A stretch of 64,000 nt of DNA, taken from contig JADZDX010000037.1 in assembly GCA_020850835.1 (NCBI GenBank), positions 17,044 through 81,043 on the forward strand, in the 5' to 3' direction. A program made the translations under genes and the position numbers. The notes under the pieces were generated by a model. The model was not told the DNA's origin. It was given only the letters and a program-made list of their open reading frames with translations, and ran no database searches. This document shows, piece by piece, positions 54,099-63,913 of the stretch; position 1 is the first letter of the stretch, and each line of letters starts with the position of its first letter. Source of the DNA: Fimbriimonadaceae bacterium (GTDB taxonomy: Bacteria > Armatimonadota > Fimbriimonadia > Fimbriimonadales > Fimbriimonadaceae).

Positions 54099-56786
54099 TT
54101 ACCGGCCCGGATCAATTCTCTGGGCAATCGCGCGGACGTTCGGGTCGGGATCATTGCGAAGAGAGGTCAGCGTCAGCCGACGATCTTCAGGACACTTCCC
54201 GTTTAGAGCGATTAGACACTGAATGCGAATTCCCGGGCTCGGATCTAGGAGACGATCGGCCACCAAATCTAGGGCAGCAGGTGTTCCTAATGCACCGAGG
54301 AGTTCAATGCCAATTCGCGATCTTCGTTCGGGCCCTTCAAGCAGAAGGCGGGCTCCAATCGCGATGGATGCCCCGGGAAACTTGGCGAGCAGTTGGATGC
54401 CAGCCTTTCTCATGGGCAAATTGGGGGATGACAGCCAGTTTTCGGCCGTTGAGGTTGCTCGTTCGTCCCCAATTTGCGCAAGCGAAACCGCCGCCGCTAC
54501 GGAGGTGGTGTCTATACCGCGAGTTAGTGGAAGAAGGGCCTCAACGCTCTCCTTCGATCCTAGAACTCCAGCAGCCCGAATCGCCTGAAGCCTTAGTTCG
54601 GGCACACCAATCAGGCCCGGAACAACCGGTGCGATCTCTGAGATTCGGCCGTCCACCGCGATGCTAAGGGCGTTCCGCTTCTCGTCCAAGGTCCCTGCTG
54701 CCGCTTTCGCTGCCAAGGCATTCCTCGCTGGCGTCCCGACCGCCGCAATGACTGTGGAAAATGCGCGAAGTTGAAGCCGGTCAGCTCCAGCCAATTTCGT
54801 ATCGAGCATCCAGGCAATCGCCGGCATCCCGATCCCAATCAACTTGTTGATTGATTGTTCCACTTCGGCCTGAGCGCTTCCTACCCCCCACTGAGTCGCC
54901 TGCTGGTAGATAGTCGCCAGCTCTGAGTCGGCCGGTCTTGAGATTGTGCCGGGTTGAGGTCGCTCAATGGGAGGTGATCCTACTCCTGCAATCCTTGGCG
55001 ACTCAATATCGAATCCAATTCCCCACGAGTCGGTTACAGCAGCAGAACCGTCAGCAAGGCCCTCTCGATACTTGTCTTGACCGCTCATGTCTACAAACAG
55101 GCCAAGTGAACCAGTGCCCCGGGCCGCATTGCCCCTCCCCGGAGGTCCCGCATATCGGTCATCTCCCGCCGCATCAACAAAGATGCCGAGCCCATTTGCA
55201 TTCCCGGTACTAGGATTGCTATCGCGGGCAGCATACACATCGTTTCCAGCGCGGTCGAACAAGACGGCGACACCATAGTCATGGCCAATTGCATGGCCGG
55301 CGCCAAATTTGAGGCTATAGGCATCATCCCCCGCCAGATCAAACAGGTAGGCCGCCGTCAAATGCATGGCGCTTGACTGAGCATAGTGGTAGGCACTGTA
55401 CTGATCGTGACCATCACGATCCCATAGGACACCCAAACCAAACCAATAGGATGCAGCTTGCGCATAGGTCTCAGCTAGGTAGGCATCATCTCCGCCGCCA
55501 TCCAAGAGCATTCCTACCCCACCGCTGACTCCTCCCGTGTCTTCCCGAAACCCCATTCCCATACCTTGCGCAAAGCTGTAATGCACATCGGAGAACAGCG
55601 GAGAATTGAGGGCCGATCCGCCAGCTCGGTAAACATCTCGACCGGCGCGGTCAACCAGAATCCCAATCCCTTCTGTCCTGCCCATGCCTTGGCCATACAA
55701 TGGTAGGTCATAGAAGTCATCTCCCTTGGCGTCAACCACCATGCCTATGCCAAATGCCCCGTACCCTTGACTCATCATTCGACTCTGATACAAGTCACTT
55801 CCAAAGGCATCGCTGAAGACACCGACCCCCGCAATCCCACATCCGAGGCTCAGAGCCCCTGTGCGGTACACATCATCTCCTCCCTCATCGCGGGCAATAC
55901 CAATTCCAAGCAAACCCGCTCCCAGACTTAGATCCCGAGTTTGATACAAGTCGTCACCTGAACCTAAATCCAAGAGGACCCCACTGGCCCCTATCCCAAG
56001 CCCTACTCGACCGAGATAACGATCACTGCCGCCCAGATCAATCGTGAGCGCACCATCACCCTCCAGATGCAGATCGTCACCTCGCCCGTACAGATAGATC
56101 TTATGACCAAGAATGCTCTGAACGATGGGCTTCTCAATATCACCTGTAAACTTGGCAAGTTGGCGCATTGCCGTTTCAGATTCTTCCGCCAAAACCGTTG
56201 CCGCTCGAATGATCCGGCGATAGTCAACCTTTCTCAGTAGAGCCAAGACTTGTTGGAGACTCAAGGGAGGGGAAACTGCAAAATCAAGTTTGGGCGCAAA
56301 CTCCTCACCCATCACTACTGGTAGCGACTCGATAAGCTGACGCCGCTCGTCGCCACTCAGGGATTTTGTTGCCAATTTGATCTCTTCATCTGCTCTAGTA
56401 AGGCTAGCAGCAAGAGAAAAGATCGGTGCGCTGAGGGCGGCCGGCCCAGCAAAGGCTCCGCTGGCCGTTGACTTGGCGGTAGCTTTTCCATCCCAAGCCG
56501 GAAAGGTTGCCTCAATAGTTGAAAGCGCACCACTGACGGAAGCTCCAACCAATTGGCTTGAGAGCGCCATGAGGTGGTCACCAGTATCAATCGGACGATC
56601 AATAGCTCCGTTTACAATCGAGAGACGATATGCATCGTTGAACGGGCGCCGGTCCCAGGTTAGGTCGCTCTCTTGTAGGTTGCCGAGAAACAGTGTGTTA
56701 TCAATTGCCTGTCTTTCGGCGGGTTTCCACTGACCAAACGAAACCGCCGCAGCTAACAGAACAAGAGCGCCAATCAGGAATCGCAC
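54099..56786 (-). CDS. Large secreted protein: N-terminal helical region, ~13 tandem ~26-aa 'GxDxY' repeats, C-terminal HEAT/PBS-lyase-like repeats
   Basis: Signal peptide 'LLAAAVSFGQ'. Repeat cores: GDDLH, GSDRY, GDDLY, GDDVY, GSDLY, GDDFY, GRDVY, GDDAY, GHDQY, GDDAY, GNDVY, GDDRY, GQDKY. C-terminal 'LLDPSPGIRIQCLIAL...RNDPDPNVRAIA' is HEAT-like. Confidence 0.6.
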   Translation of the reverse strand: MRFLIGALVLLAAAVSFGQWKPAERQAIDNTLFLGNLQESDLTWDRRPFNDAYRLSIVNGAIDRPIDTGDHLMALSSQLVGASVSGALSTIEATFPAWDGKATAKSTASGAFAGPAALSAPIFSLAASLTRADEEIKLATKSLSGDERRQLIESLPVVMGEEFAPKLDFAVSPPLSLQQVLALLRKVDYRRIIRAATVLAEESETAMRQLAKFTGDIEKPIVQSILGHKIYLYGRGDDLHLEGDGALTIDLGGSDRYLGRVGLGIGASGVLLDLGSGDDLYQTRDLSLGAGLLGIGIARDEGGDDVYRTGALSLGCGIAGVGVFSDAFGSDLYQSRMMSQGYGAFGIGMVVDAKGDDFYDLPLYGQGMGRTEGIGILVDRAGRDVYRAGGSALNSPLFSDVHYSFAQGMGMGFREDTGGVSGGVGMLLDGGGDDAYLAETYAQAASYWFGLGVLWDRDGHDQYSAYHYAQSSAMHLTAAYLFDLAGDDAYSLKFGAGHAIGHDYGVAVLFDRAGNDVYAARDSNPSTGNANGLGIFVDAAGDDRYAGPPGRGNAARGTGSLGLFVDMSGQDKYREGLADGSAAVTDSWGIGFDIESPRIAGVGSPPIERPQPGTISRPADSELATIYQQATQWGVGSAQAEVEQSINKLIGIGMPAIAWMLDTKLAGADRLQLRAFSTVIAAVGTPARNALAAKAAAGTLDEKRNALSIAVDGRISEIAPVVPGLIGVPELRLQAIRAAGVLGSKESVEALLPLTRGIDTTSVAAAVSLAQIGDERATSTAENWLSSPNLPMRKAGIQLLAKFPGASIAIGARLLLEGPERRSRIGIELLGALGTPAALDLVADRLLDPSPGIRIQCLIALNGKCPEDRRLTLTSLRNDPDPNVRAIAQRIDPGR

Positions 56787-56804
56787 ACCCTAATGTTACT
56801 TTGT

Positions 56805-57470
56805 CTAAACCAATCTCCTTCTCGCCAATGCCCAAGCGATCCCAAGAAATGTTGCCGCTCCGATTAGGTCAATCAGAGCGTCCTGCACTCGCCCGCTCCG
56901 TCCCGGGGTCAGGTGTTGTCGGAGTTCGTCAAAAGCGGCGTGACTCCCCACCCAAACTAGAGCTGTTGCTATTCGCCTTGTTTGGGGAAGATCAACGGCC
57001 GAGCGGAAGAACGTTAGCGCGATCGTGCCGTAAGCCACGAAGTGAATCGTACGTCGAATGCACAATACGACAAGATCCGCCTGCTGGAAATCCAGCTTGA
57101 ACCAGGCCATGAGGCTTTCCTGCCAACCCCCGGCCGATCCGGCAGTACCGGATAGCCCAGCTATCGGCAAGGCACACAGGCATGCTACGATCGCGTGTTT
57201 GTAGGGCCCTCGTGTGAACTGTAGGGCGACAAGGCCAGCGCTAGCTGGGAACAAGAGCGAAGTCAGCGTCGCTCGAGATGCGACAACTAAAGCGAAGATG
57301 CACAAGTAGAAGAATGCCGGCAGCGCGAACTTCGGGCGACCCACCGCGCATACGGTGACGCCAAAAATCATGGCAAGCGAAGGAAGGGTTAATGCACTCA
57401 GATTCCCGTTCCCCCACCACACCAGGGTCGCCAGAGGAACCACTAACGGAAGCCACTTCTCCTTCGGCAT
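56805..57470 (-). CDS. Multi-TM protein with C-terminal VanZ-like domain
   Basis: 'IHFVAYGTIALTFF...HAAFDELRQHLTPGRSGRVQDALIDLIGA' fits the VanZ pattern. Start is ambiguous (ATGs at 57500, 57488, 57482 and 57470). Confidence 0.5.
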   Translation of the reverse strand: MPKEKWLPLVVPLATLVWWGNGNLSALTLPSLAMIFGVTVCAVGRPKFALPAFFYLCIFALVVASRATLTSLLFPASAGLVALQFTRGPYKHAIVACLCALPIAGLSGTAGSAGGWQESLMAWFKLDFQQADLVVLCIRRTIHFVAYGTIALTFFRSAVDLPQTRRIATALVWVGSHAAFDELRQHLTPGRSGRVQDALIDLIGAATFLGIAWALARRRLV

Positions 57471-57480
57471 AATCTCCTCC

Positions 57481-58245
57481 ATGCGCATTCTCCTCACCAA
57501 TGATGATGGTATCCATGCTCCGGGTCTCCTCGCTCTAGCTCAAGTAGCCCGGAAGTTTGGTGATGTCCGGGTGGTGGCTCCCGACCGCGAGCGCAGCGCA
57601 TGTGCCCACGCGATGACCTTGCGCGATCCGCTGCGCATCCACGAACTTGATTACCACGGCCTCCCCGGCTATCAGGTTAACGGCTTTCCGGTAGATTGCG
57701 TTAACGTTGCGCTAACGGTCGTCTTCCCCGACGGCTGTGACTTAGTCATTAGTGGCATCAACAATGGGCCGAATCTTGGATACGACATCACCTATTCCGG
57801 AACCGTAGGCGGCGCGATGGAAGGTTGCATCAACGGCATCCCCAGTATTGCAGTGAGCATGGCGACCTTTGTAGATGGGGCTCCCGAGCACTTTGAGACC
57901 GGGGCAAGGTGGCTGAACGAGAACTTCCACCTCCTCTCATCATTGAGCAAAGATCGCACATTCCTCAATATCAATGTCCCTGCCATTGCCTTCGAGGAAC
58001 TTCAAGGTTCACGCATTGCCGGGATGGGCAGGAGGGTGTATCAAGATCGCGTCGAGGAACGATCCGATCCCTGGGGACGCCGCTACTTCTGGCAGGGTGG
58101 AGTTGCCGTCATGAGAAGCGATGACCCAGAGACGGATGTTTACGCCGTGTCGCACGGGTTCGTCAGCATCACCCCGGTGAGCTTGGATTGGACCGACCGC
58201 CAGTATGCCGAAGAGCTACAGTCAAAGCTGAAGTCGCTCGCCTAG
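57481..58245 (+). CDS. surE: 5'/3'-nucleotidase SurE
   Basis: 'MRILLTNDDGIHAPGL', 'SGINNGPNLG' and 'YSGTVGGAMEG'. Start set to the ATG at 57481. Confidence 0.9.
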   Translation: MRILLTNDDGIHAPGLLALAQVARKFGDVRVVAPDRERSACAHAMTLRDPLRIHELDYHGLPGYQVNGFPVDCVNVALTVVFPDGCDLVISGINNGPNLGYDITYSGTVGGAMEGCINGIPSIAVSMATFVDGAPEHFETGARWLNENFHLLSSLSKDRTFLNINVPAIAFEELQGSRIAGMGRRVYQDRVEERSDPWGRRYFWQGGVAVMRSDDPETDVYAVSHGFVSITPVSLDWTDRQYAEELQSKLKSLA

Positions 58246-59258
58246 ATAAGATTCCGAGCCAGCATCAACTCGGCGATTTGAACGGCATTTAGAGCAGCGC
58301 CCTTGAGAAGTTGGTCTCCAACTACAAATAGATTTATCGCACTCCGATGGCTCAAATCGCGCCGTATGCGGCCGACGAGCACGTCACCCTGTCCAGAAGC
58401 TTCGGATGGCATCGGGAAATGGTTGCTTTGGCGATCGTCCACAACGCGAACACCGGGTGCAGCCATAAGCACTTCTCGGACGGCTCCTTCAGCCGGGACT
58501 TCACCCTCAAACTCCACAGTTAAGGAAATGGAATGAGCCCGCAAGACGGGCACCCTGATACAGGTTACGCCGATGGCGAGATCTGGCATGTCTAGGATTT
58601 TGCGGGATTCAGCGATCACCTTCCATTCTTCGTCGTTGTACCCATGCTCATTGATCGGCGTATTGTGGCTAAACAGGTTAAAGGCGTATGGATGTGGTGC
58701 GACACTTGACGAAGCTACCCCTCCATTCAGCACAGTGCGGGTTTGCTCTTGGAGATCGTCCATCAACTTTGCTCCGCCCCCGGACGCCGATTGGTATGTA
58801 CTCAGCACCAGCCGGCTGATGGTCCCCAATTGGCGCAAGGGGTGAACGGCCATCATAGTGATCGCCGCAATGCAGTTTGGATTCGCCACTAGCCGATTGG
58901 TTGGAGAAAGGGTGTTGCCATTAATTTCAGGCACAACAAGGGGCACACTTTCATCCATGCGAAAAGCACTGGAGTTATCAATGACCACACCTCCGGCCCC
59001 AACAACTTTAGGCGCAAACTCACGGCTTTTGGAAGCGCCAGCACTCATGAAGGCTAGATCGCACCCCCACGTAGAATCTTCGGAGGATTCGACCCGCAAC
59101 GAACTTTCTCCGCATTTGACCAATTTGCCAACCGAAGCCGGGCTTGCGTATAGCCTAAGGCTTGCGAATGGGAAGCGACGCGCAACAAGGCTGGTAATCA
59201 ATTCTTGCCCAACGGCTCCAGTTGCGCCGTAGATTGCAACATCAATCTTTCCTTTCAT
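58242..59258 (-). CDS. asd: Aspartate-semialdehyde dehydrogenase
   Basis: 'VAIYGATGAVGQE', 'NPNCIAI'-type active-site Cys ('ANPNCIAAIT') and 'GAALNAVQIAE'. Confidence 0.9.
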   Translation of the reverse strand: MKGKIDVAIYGATGAVGQELITSLVARRFPFASLRLYASPASVGKLVKCGESSLRVESSEDSTWGCDLAFMSAGASKSREFAPKVVGAGGVVIDNSSAFRMDESVPLVVPEINGNTLSPTNRLVANPNCIAAITMMAVHPLRQLGTISRLVLSTYQSASGGGAKLMDDLQEQTRTVLNGGVASSSVAPHPYAFNLFSHNTPINEHGYNDEEWKVIAESRKILDMPDLAIGVTCIRVPVLRAHSISLTVEFEGEVPAEGAVREVLMAAPGVRVVDDRQSNHFPMPSEASGQGDVLVGRIRRDLSHRSAINLFVVGDQLLKGAALNAVQIAELMLARNLI

Positions 59259-59407
59259 GTCAAAATACTTGGTAGTCGTTATTCCGTAGAAATATTGGGT
59301 TCATTCGTTGAGTCTGAACCCAAGCTCCGACGGTAACTGGTGAGTGAGGCAAGACCTCGCATCCGGAGATGACAATGACGGTCAAGACCGCAAACTGAGA
59401 TCCAGCT

Positions 59408-60298
59408 ATGTCAACCCAAACACTAACACTAGAGTTCGGCCTCCGCCGAATCAACACCAAACGCTCCTTTGACGGAGAATGTATCACGATTGATCGCATC
59501 GCCGCTGATGACGCTGAGCCAGAACGAGTCACGCTCAGCCGGCTCCCCGGCCAAGAACTGATGCTCTTCAGCCAGCAAGGCACCCTCTTGGTCCGCCAAG
59601 GAAATGGTGGCTGGGAGATCCTTCCCAAAAACTCCATCGCTCTTGTAAACGGGCACTCGCCGATCGAAGGCATCCTGCCTCGTGGGGCCTACACGGGCTA
59701 CTGGGTTCAATGCAACCACAATTGCGGTTCCCTCTTGTCCAATTGGCTCAATGAACGCCGAGCAAAGTCGAAGAACTCGAACGCGGTTTCGATTCTGAAG
59801 GCAACCCTGCCCGAGAATAAGACCATCGCCGATGAAATTACTCAGATGGTTTTTGGTAACCGGGAAGTCGTCGAACCACGCCTTCTCGGCGGACTACAAA
59901 TGCTCGCCGTTGCGGCATCACTTAATCCGACCAAGAGCTCGCTCACACCAATCCCTAATGATCTAGCTCCAGGAATGCTGCGGCTCGTCAATGCCGTTCA
60001 GTCAGACCCAATTCAAAACTGGTCACTCAAGCAATCGTCGGTCGTAGCCGGTTATTCACAGTTCCACCTCAGCCGGGCCTTCCGGGTAGATATGGGCTAT
60101 GGCTTACCCGAGTTTGTTGAACGATGCAGGGTAGAAATGGCCATGCAGAAACTCGACAGCAAGAACCGTGATATGCATGAGATTGCGGCAATGTGTGGTT
60201 TTACAACCGCTAGTGCATTCCGTGAAGCGCTAAAGAAGCTGTTAGGCGTGCTGCCGAGCGAGTTACGTCGGTACTCACAAGAGCCCGCGAGCAAATAG
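59408..60298 (+). CDS. AraC-family transcriptional regulator
   Basis: C-terminal double HTH: 'WSLKQSSVVAGYSQFHLSRAFRVDMGYGLPEFV...IAAMCGFTTASAFREALKK'. Confidence 0.8.
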   Translation: MSTQTLTLEFGLRRINTKRSFDGECITIDRIAADDAEPERVTLSRLPGQELMLFSQQGTLLVRQGNGGWEILPKNSIALVNGHSPIEGILPRGAYTGYWVQCNHNCGSLLSNWLNERRAKSKNSNAVSILKATLPENKTIADEITQMVFGNREVVEPRLLGGLQMLAVAASLNPTKSSLTPIPNDLAPGMLRLVNAVQSDPIQNWSLKQSSVVAGYSQFHLSRAFRVDMGYGLPEFVERCRVEMAMQKLDSKNRDMHEIAAMCGFTTASAFREALKKLLGVLPSELRRYSQEPASK

Positions 60299-60307
60299 AG
60301 AAGGCTA

Positions 60308-60334
60308 ATGGGAAGGCGATCATCGCCTTCCCAT
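60308..60334. terminator. Perfect palindrome between convergent genes (probable bidirectional terminator)
   Basis: 'ATGGGAAGGCGAT-c-ATCGCCTTCCCAT' followed by TTT. Confidence 0.5.
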
Positions 60335-60352
60335 TTCAGCTTCCGCCCTGAC

Positions 60353-60790
60353 TCATCGCCGCTTCGTGGGCATATCGGGAATGTTCTTGGACATCCAATC
60401 CTTGATCCCCACATAGGCCATCAGGCCAACCCCAGCTAAGAGGGCAAAGAACCACCACTGAGAACTACCCTTTCGGTTTTGTCCTGCGGCCTTCATGCCT
60501 TCCTCGGCCTTCTTCAGGTTTTCCGAGCCCTGCGCCATTCGGTCAGCCGCAGAGAGCGCGGCCTTGGCGGATGCTTCCTTGCTAACCTTAATGTCTTCCT
60601 GCTCCTGAGTTCGGATCGGAACTGCCCCAGATGCTTCCAAGCGCCCTTGGTAGGCCTGTTCCTGGGCTACCTGTTCTTGGCTTTCTTCCAGCTTGAACTC
60701 CGTCCCTGCTGGACGGTCCTCGTGGATGCCCCAAGCAGAAGTTGCGCCTGCGAAAACCGCAATGCCGATAATGAGATGCTTCATGTTCAT
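60353..60790 (-). CDS. Signal-peptide protein with Q/E/A-rich middle and C-terminal TM anchor; last gene of the minor-pilin operon
   Basis: 'MKHLIIGIAVFAGATSAWG', a coiled/low-complexity centre, and 'WWFFALLAGVGLMAYVGI'. Its start abuts the stop of the PilX-like gene. Confidence 0.45.
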   Translation of the reverse strand: MNMKHLIIGIAVFAGATSAWGIHEDRPAGTEFKLEESQEQVAQEQAYQGRLEASGAVPIRTQEQEDIKVSKEASAKAALSAADRMAQGSENLKKAEEGMKAAGQNRKGSSQWWFFALLAGVGLMAYVGIKDWMSKNIPDMPTKRR

Positions 60791-60791
60791 A

Positions 60792-62735
60792 TTAGTAGCT
60801 GTAACTCCTGTACTGGAATCCGCGGTCTTGCCAAGTGCTTCGCATCATGGCCGGGCTACGGGGCAGGTTAAGATCGACTAGCGGCTTCTCGTCAACGGAG
60901 CGCTCGCGGATACGATTATCGTAGTTCATGATGATGGGCAAACTCCAAGTGACCATGGCCTCGTCTCGGCTAATGATTGTCCCGTTGATCGTCACGCCCC
61001 CGCCACTGGTTCCGATATTCCCTCCTCCCACGAAGTTCGTGTAGAGAATGGCGTCAATCTGGTTCACTCCTTCAGCGATGCTATTGATCGTGCTGTCTGG
61101 AACAACGCTTTGGTATCGTCGCCGTCCGCTGGAATCAATTGCCATCGCGTCGTAAGCAGGAATCCAATTGCCGTCTTCATCGTAGCGCCCATACGTACCC
61201 ACCGTTTTCGTCGGTGGGTTGACGGGTGTCATGTACTGCAAAGGATAGGAACTCGTGAATGTCGTTGGATTCCCCATGATCACGCTACCGCGAGCAGCTA
61301 GACCGAGAAAGTCCTTCTTCTCGTTGGCAGCGTCCGTTCCGAAGACGCTTCCGCCCCGGAAGTCCGGCCCACTTGCATACTTGATTCCTCCCACGATGTG
61401 GGTGTTTCGCCCCGTATAGAGGGTTCCCTGCCCGGCCACCGTTCCTTTGATCACAACGTCCTGAGTAACGGTAACCGGACCGTGAATGCGGATTGGATTG
61501 GCGTCCGTCCCTACTAGGACAACACTGCCGTTGATAACGCCGTTTGTCGAAACACGGTCATAGCGACGGGTTGAGGTGTTATAGACCTCGACCCACGAAC
61601 CTTGATTGTAGTTCGGGTTTGCGCTCCCATCCATGAACGTAGCTTTCGTGTCGCGATAGTTCGTGCTCAGATCTATGTATCGATTGATATCGCTCAGATC
61701 CGGCATGATGATTTCGCGGGTGCGCTGACTATCGAGCAAACTTGTCGTCGCCGACGAAGAGCCCGTTCGCGTCCAGGCCTTCAGCCCGGTGCTGTCACCG
61801 ATGATAGCGCCCGCTGGCCGATCATTTACCAGAGAAGCATCGCTTCGGAAGACAAAGTCGCGGTTCTCTTCAAATGCTGCAGAGCCTGTTGATCCGTGGG
61901 TGAGCGCGTTATAGCCTTGGCGCCTGCGGGCAGCCATCATGTTTTGATAGGCCGCTACCCGAGCGGTGTAAGCCGCCGTAGTCTCGCCAGACAATCTAGC
62001 CGGATTGTTTGGCGCCCAAGTTCCGTAGGTCGTGTTCGTCATCTTGATCGGTGCCGAATTGACGAGCCCGACCGCCATGGGAACCAATTTGTCATTGTTG
62101 TTCGCAAAGACGCTCCCGTTAACTGTTGGCGAGCCATTGAGGAAGTTAAAGTTGCCGTTCGCCCGCATGTCCCCATTGACAATGAGGTCGTTCTGGCTAA
62201 ATCCATCCATCCATCCGTAGTTGTTGACGAAATAGGTGTAGTCAAACACTTGGCTTCGAGTCAACTCGAAACGGGCCGTTACGTCAACCGTCTTACTGGG
62301 TTCTCCCGAGTTGAGAATCCCATTGTTGTTCTCATCAATCCAACCCACCGCTCGAACGGTGACGAGTCGAACGTACGCATTCCCAGGCACCGTAGAGTAG
62401 CCGACGACTCCCGATGAGTAGGCCCCCACACCGCTTACCGTTCCCGAAAGCGCGGCGGTGGGATTTGATGTAGACGCACCCGTCAATGTACTGTCTAACT
62501 GCGAGAAGATTTGTTGCTGCTTGAATGGCCGCCACAAACTTCGCAAGATGTCCTGAATACCCGCTTCACACAGGTTGGTGGTTTGGACATCCATCGTCAT
62601 GCGCTTGGAAGCGCGGACGGTTTCGGTTGCGCTACTTGTGTAAGAAACCGAAGCGACGGCTAAGAGTGACAAGATCAGGAATGAGCTGACCATGGCCATG
62701 CCGCGCTTTGTTCGTTTGCTTTTTCGTTGACTCAC
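60792..62735 (-). CDS. Large PilX-N-like pilus-associated protein (putative tip/minor-pilin complex component)
   Basis: N-terminus 'KRGMAMVSSFLILSLLAVASVSYTSSATETV...NLCEAGIQ' resembles the PilX N-terminal domain. The 647 aa are G/N/T-rich, consistent with a beta-rich fold. Confidence 0.55.
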   Translation of the reverse strand: MSQRKSKRTKRGMAMVSSFLILSLLAVASVSYTSSATETVRASKRMTMDVQTTNLCEAGIQDILRSLWRPFKQQQIFSQLDSTLTGASTSNPTAALSGTVSGVGAYSSGVVGYSTVPGNAYVRLVTVRAVGWIDENNNGILNSGEPSKTVDVTARFELTRSQVFDYTYFVNNYGWMDGFSQNDLIVNGDMRANGNFNFLNGSPTVNGSVFANNNDKLVPMAVGLVNSAPIKMTNTTYGTWAPNNPARLSGETTAAYTARVAAYQNMMAARRRQGYNALTHGSTGSAAFEENRDFVFRSDASLVNDRPAGAIIGDSTGLKAWTRTGSSSATTSLLDSQRTREIIMPDLSDINRYIDLSTNYRDTKATFMDGSANPNYNQGSWVEVYNTSTRRYDRVSTNGVINGSVVLVGTDANPIRIHGPVTVTQDVVIKGTVAGQGTLYTGRNTHIVGGIKYASGPDFRGGSVFGTDAANEKKDFLGLAARGSVIMGNPTTFTSSYPLQYMTPVNPPTKTVGTYGRYDEDGNWIPAYDAMAIDSSGRRRYQSVVPDSTINSIAEGVNQIDAILYTNFVGGGNIGTSGGGVTINGTIISRDEAMVTWSLPIIMNYDNRIRERSVDEKPLVDLNLPRSPAMMRSTWQDRGFQYRSYSY

Positions 62736-62745
62736 TTTAGAACTC

Positions 62746-63324
62746 CTAATTGGTTATTGAAGGGACATTGCGAAGGAACAGCGTTTCGCGTACACGCTGA
62801 TAGATGGGTGCACCTCGAGGGCCGTACGTGCGGGTGACGATCATAACGTCAACCTGCCGAGTAATCCCTCCTGGCCCTGGAGTAAAGACCCGATACGTCG
62901 GGGCGCCCGATACCTCCGGGTCACGAAGGATAATATTCTGGCTAATCGTATACTCTTGGCCAGCGATGCCGAAACCTAAGCTATAGCTTCCGTTACTCGT
63001 TGCTGTCACAATCACCCGACGTTGAACACCATCCCATAGTGGTGGCACGACGAAGTCGCCTTGCGCATTCCTTTGCGGCAGTCTGTAAGTTAAGCTCTGA
63101 CCGTCGGCCGCTACCTGCACTGACATGGCCTCGCGAAGCTCTTGGTTGAGTCGCCGAACGGCTTGCGTCCCGTCTAGCTCCGCATTGATTAGGCCCAATC
63201 CTTGGATCCAACTGCGCATACCGGAATAGAGCGTGCCTACCGCCGTAAATAGCACAAGGCCCGTGACGACAGACGCGACCATCGCTTCTACAAGCGTAGT
63301 GCCACGGAGTTTTCGATTCTTCAT
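62746..63324 (-). CDS. Prepilin-type N-terminal cleavage/methylation domain protein (PilW-like minor pilin)
   Basis: 'RG/TTLVEAMVASVVTGLVLF' is a class III signal. Confidence 0.7.
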   Translation of the reverse strand: MKNRKLRGTTLVEAMVASVVTGLVLFTAVGTLYSGMRSWIQGLGLINAELDGTQAVRRLNQELREAMSVQVAADGQSLTYRLPQRNAQGDFVVPPLWDGVQRRVIVTATSNGSYSLGFGIAGQEYTISQNIILRDPEVSGAPTYRVFTPGPGGITRQVDVMIVTRTYGPRGAPIYQRVRETLFLRNVPSITN

Positions 63325-63779
63325 AGATTGGCCACCATCGTTCCCACGGAGATCGTTCGAGTTCGACCCCGCTCTTGCCAGCTCAGGATGACCGTAACCC
63401 GGCGTAGATCCAAGCCAACCTGTTCAACGCGCAAGCGACCCACTCCGCTGGGCAGGCGAATTGCTGGGCTATCAACTCGTCCGCTATCCACGTTGGTAAA
63501 GCTGTACGTGTTCGTCGAAACTGCCGTTGAACTATCAATCAGTCCCACCGCAAATAGGCGATCTGGCGTTAGGTTTGGATACCCTGCCGACCTCAAGGCC
63601 TCCATCTGCTTCTGGGCAATGCTCAGCGCATTGTTCTGGTTGTTTGCCATGCCTCGGGCATTGTTGGCCACCGGCATGGTTGATGCAAGGACCATTGCGC
63701 ACAGCCCGGCCAAGAAGATTCCGAAGAGAACCTCGACGAGCGAGAATCCGCGGGTTCCTGGATGCAACTTTTTGGTCAT
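63321..63779 (-). CDS. Prepilin-type N-terminal cleavage/methylation domain protein (PilV-like minor pilin)
   Basis: 'RG/FSLVEVLFGIFLAGL' is a class III signal. ATGA overlap with the next gene. Confidence 0.7.
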   Translation of the reverse strand: MTKKLHPGTRGFSLVEVLFGIFLAGLCAMVLASTMPVANNARGMANNQNNALSIAQKQMEALRSAGYPNLTPDRLFAVGLIDSSTAVSTNTYSFTNVDSGRVDSPAIRLPSGVGRLRVEQVGLDLRRVTVILSWQERGRTRTISVGTMVANL

Positions 63780-63864
63780 CGTTAAATCTCCTTCAAGTCT
63801 TGTTCCATAGTCGGCTTAGGAATTGGACAACAATAGGATGCAAATTCTTTAGCGGCTTAAGTAG

Positions 63865-63896
63865 TTAAGGACAGGGCGATCCCGCCCTGTCCTTAA
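63865..63896 (-). terminator. 14-bp perfect stem-loop between the pilin 3' end and the minor-pilin genes
   Basis: 'TTAAGGACAGGGCG-atcc-CGCCCTGTCCTTAA'. There is no clear U-tract, so it may act as an attenuator or RNA-stability element rather than a full terminator. Confidence 0.5.
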
Positions 63897-63913
63897 GCCT
63901 ATGTCAGCAACCC

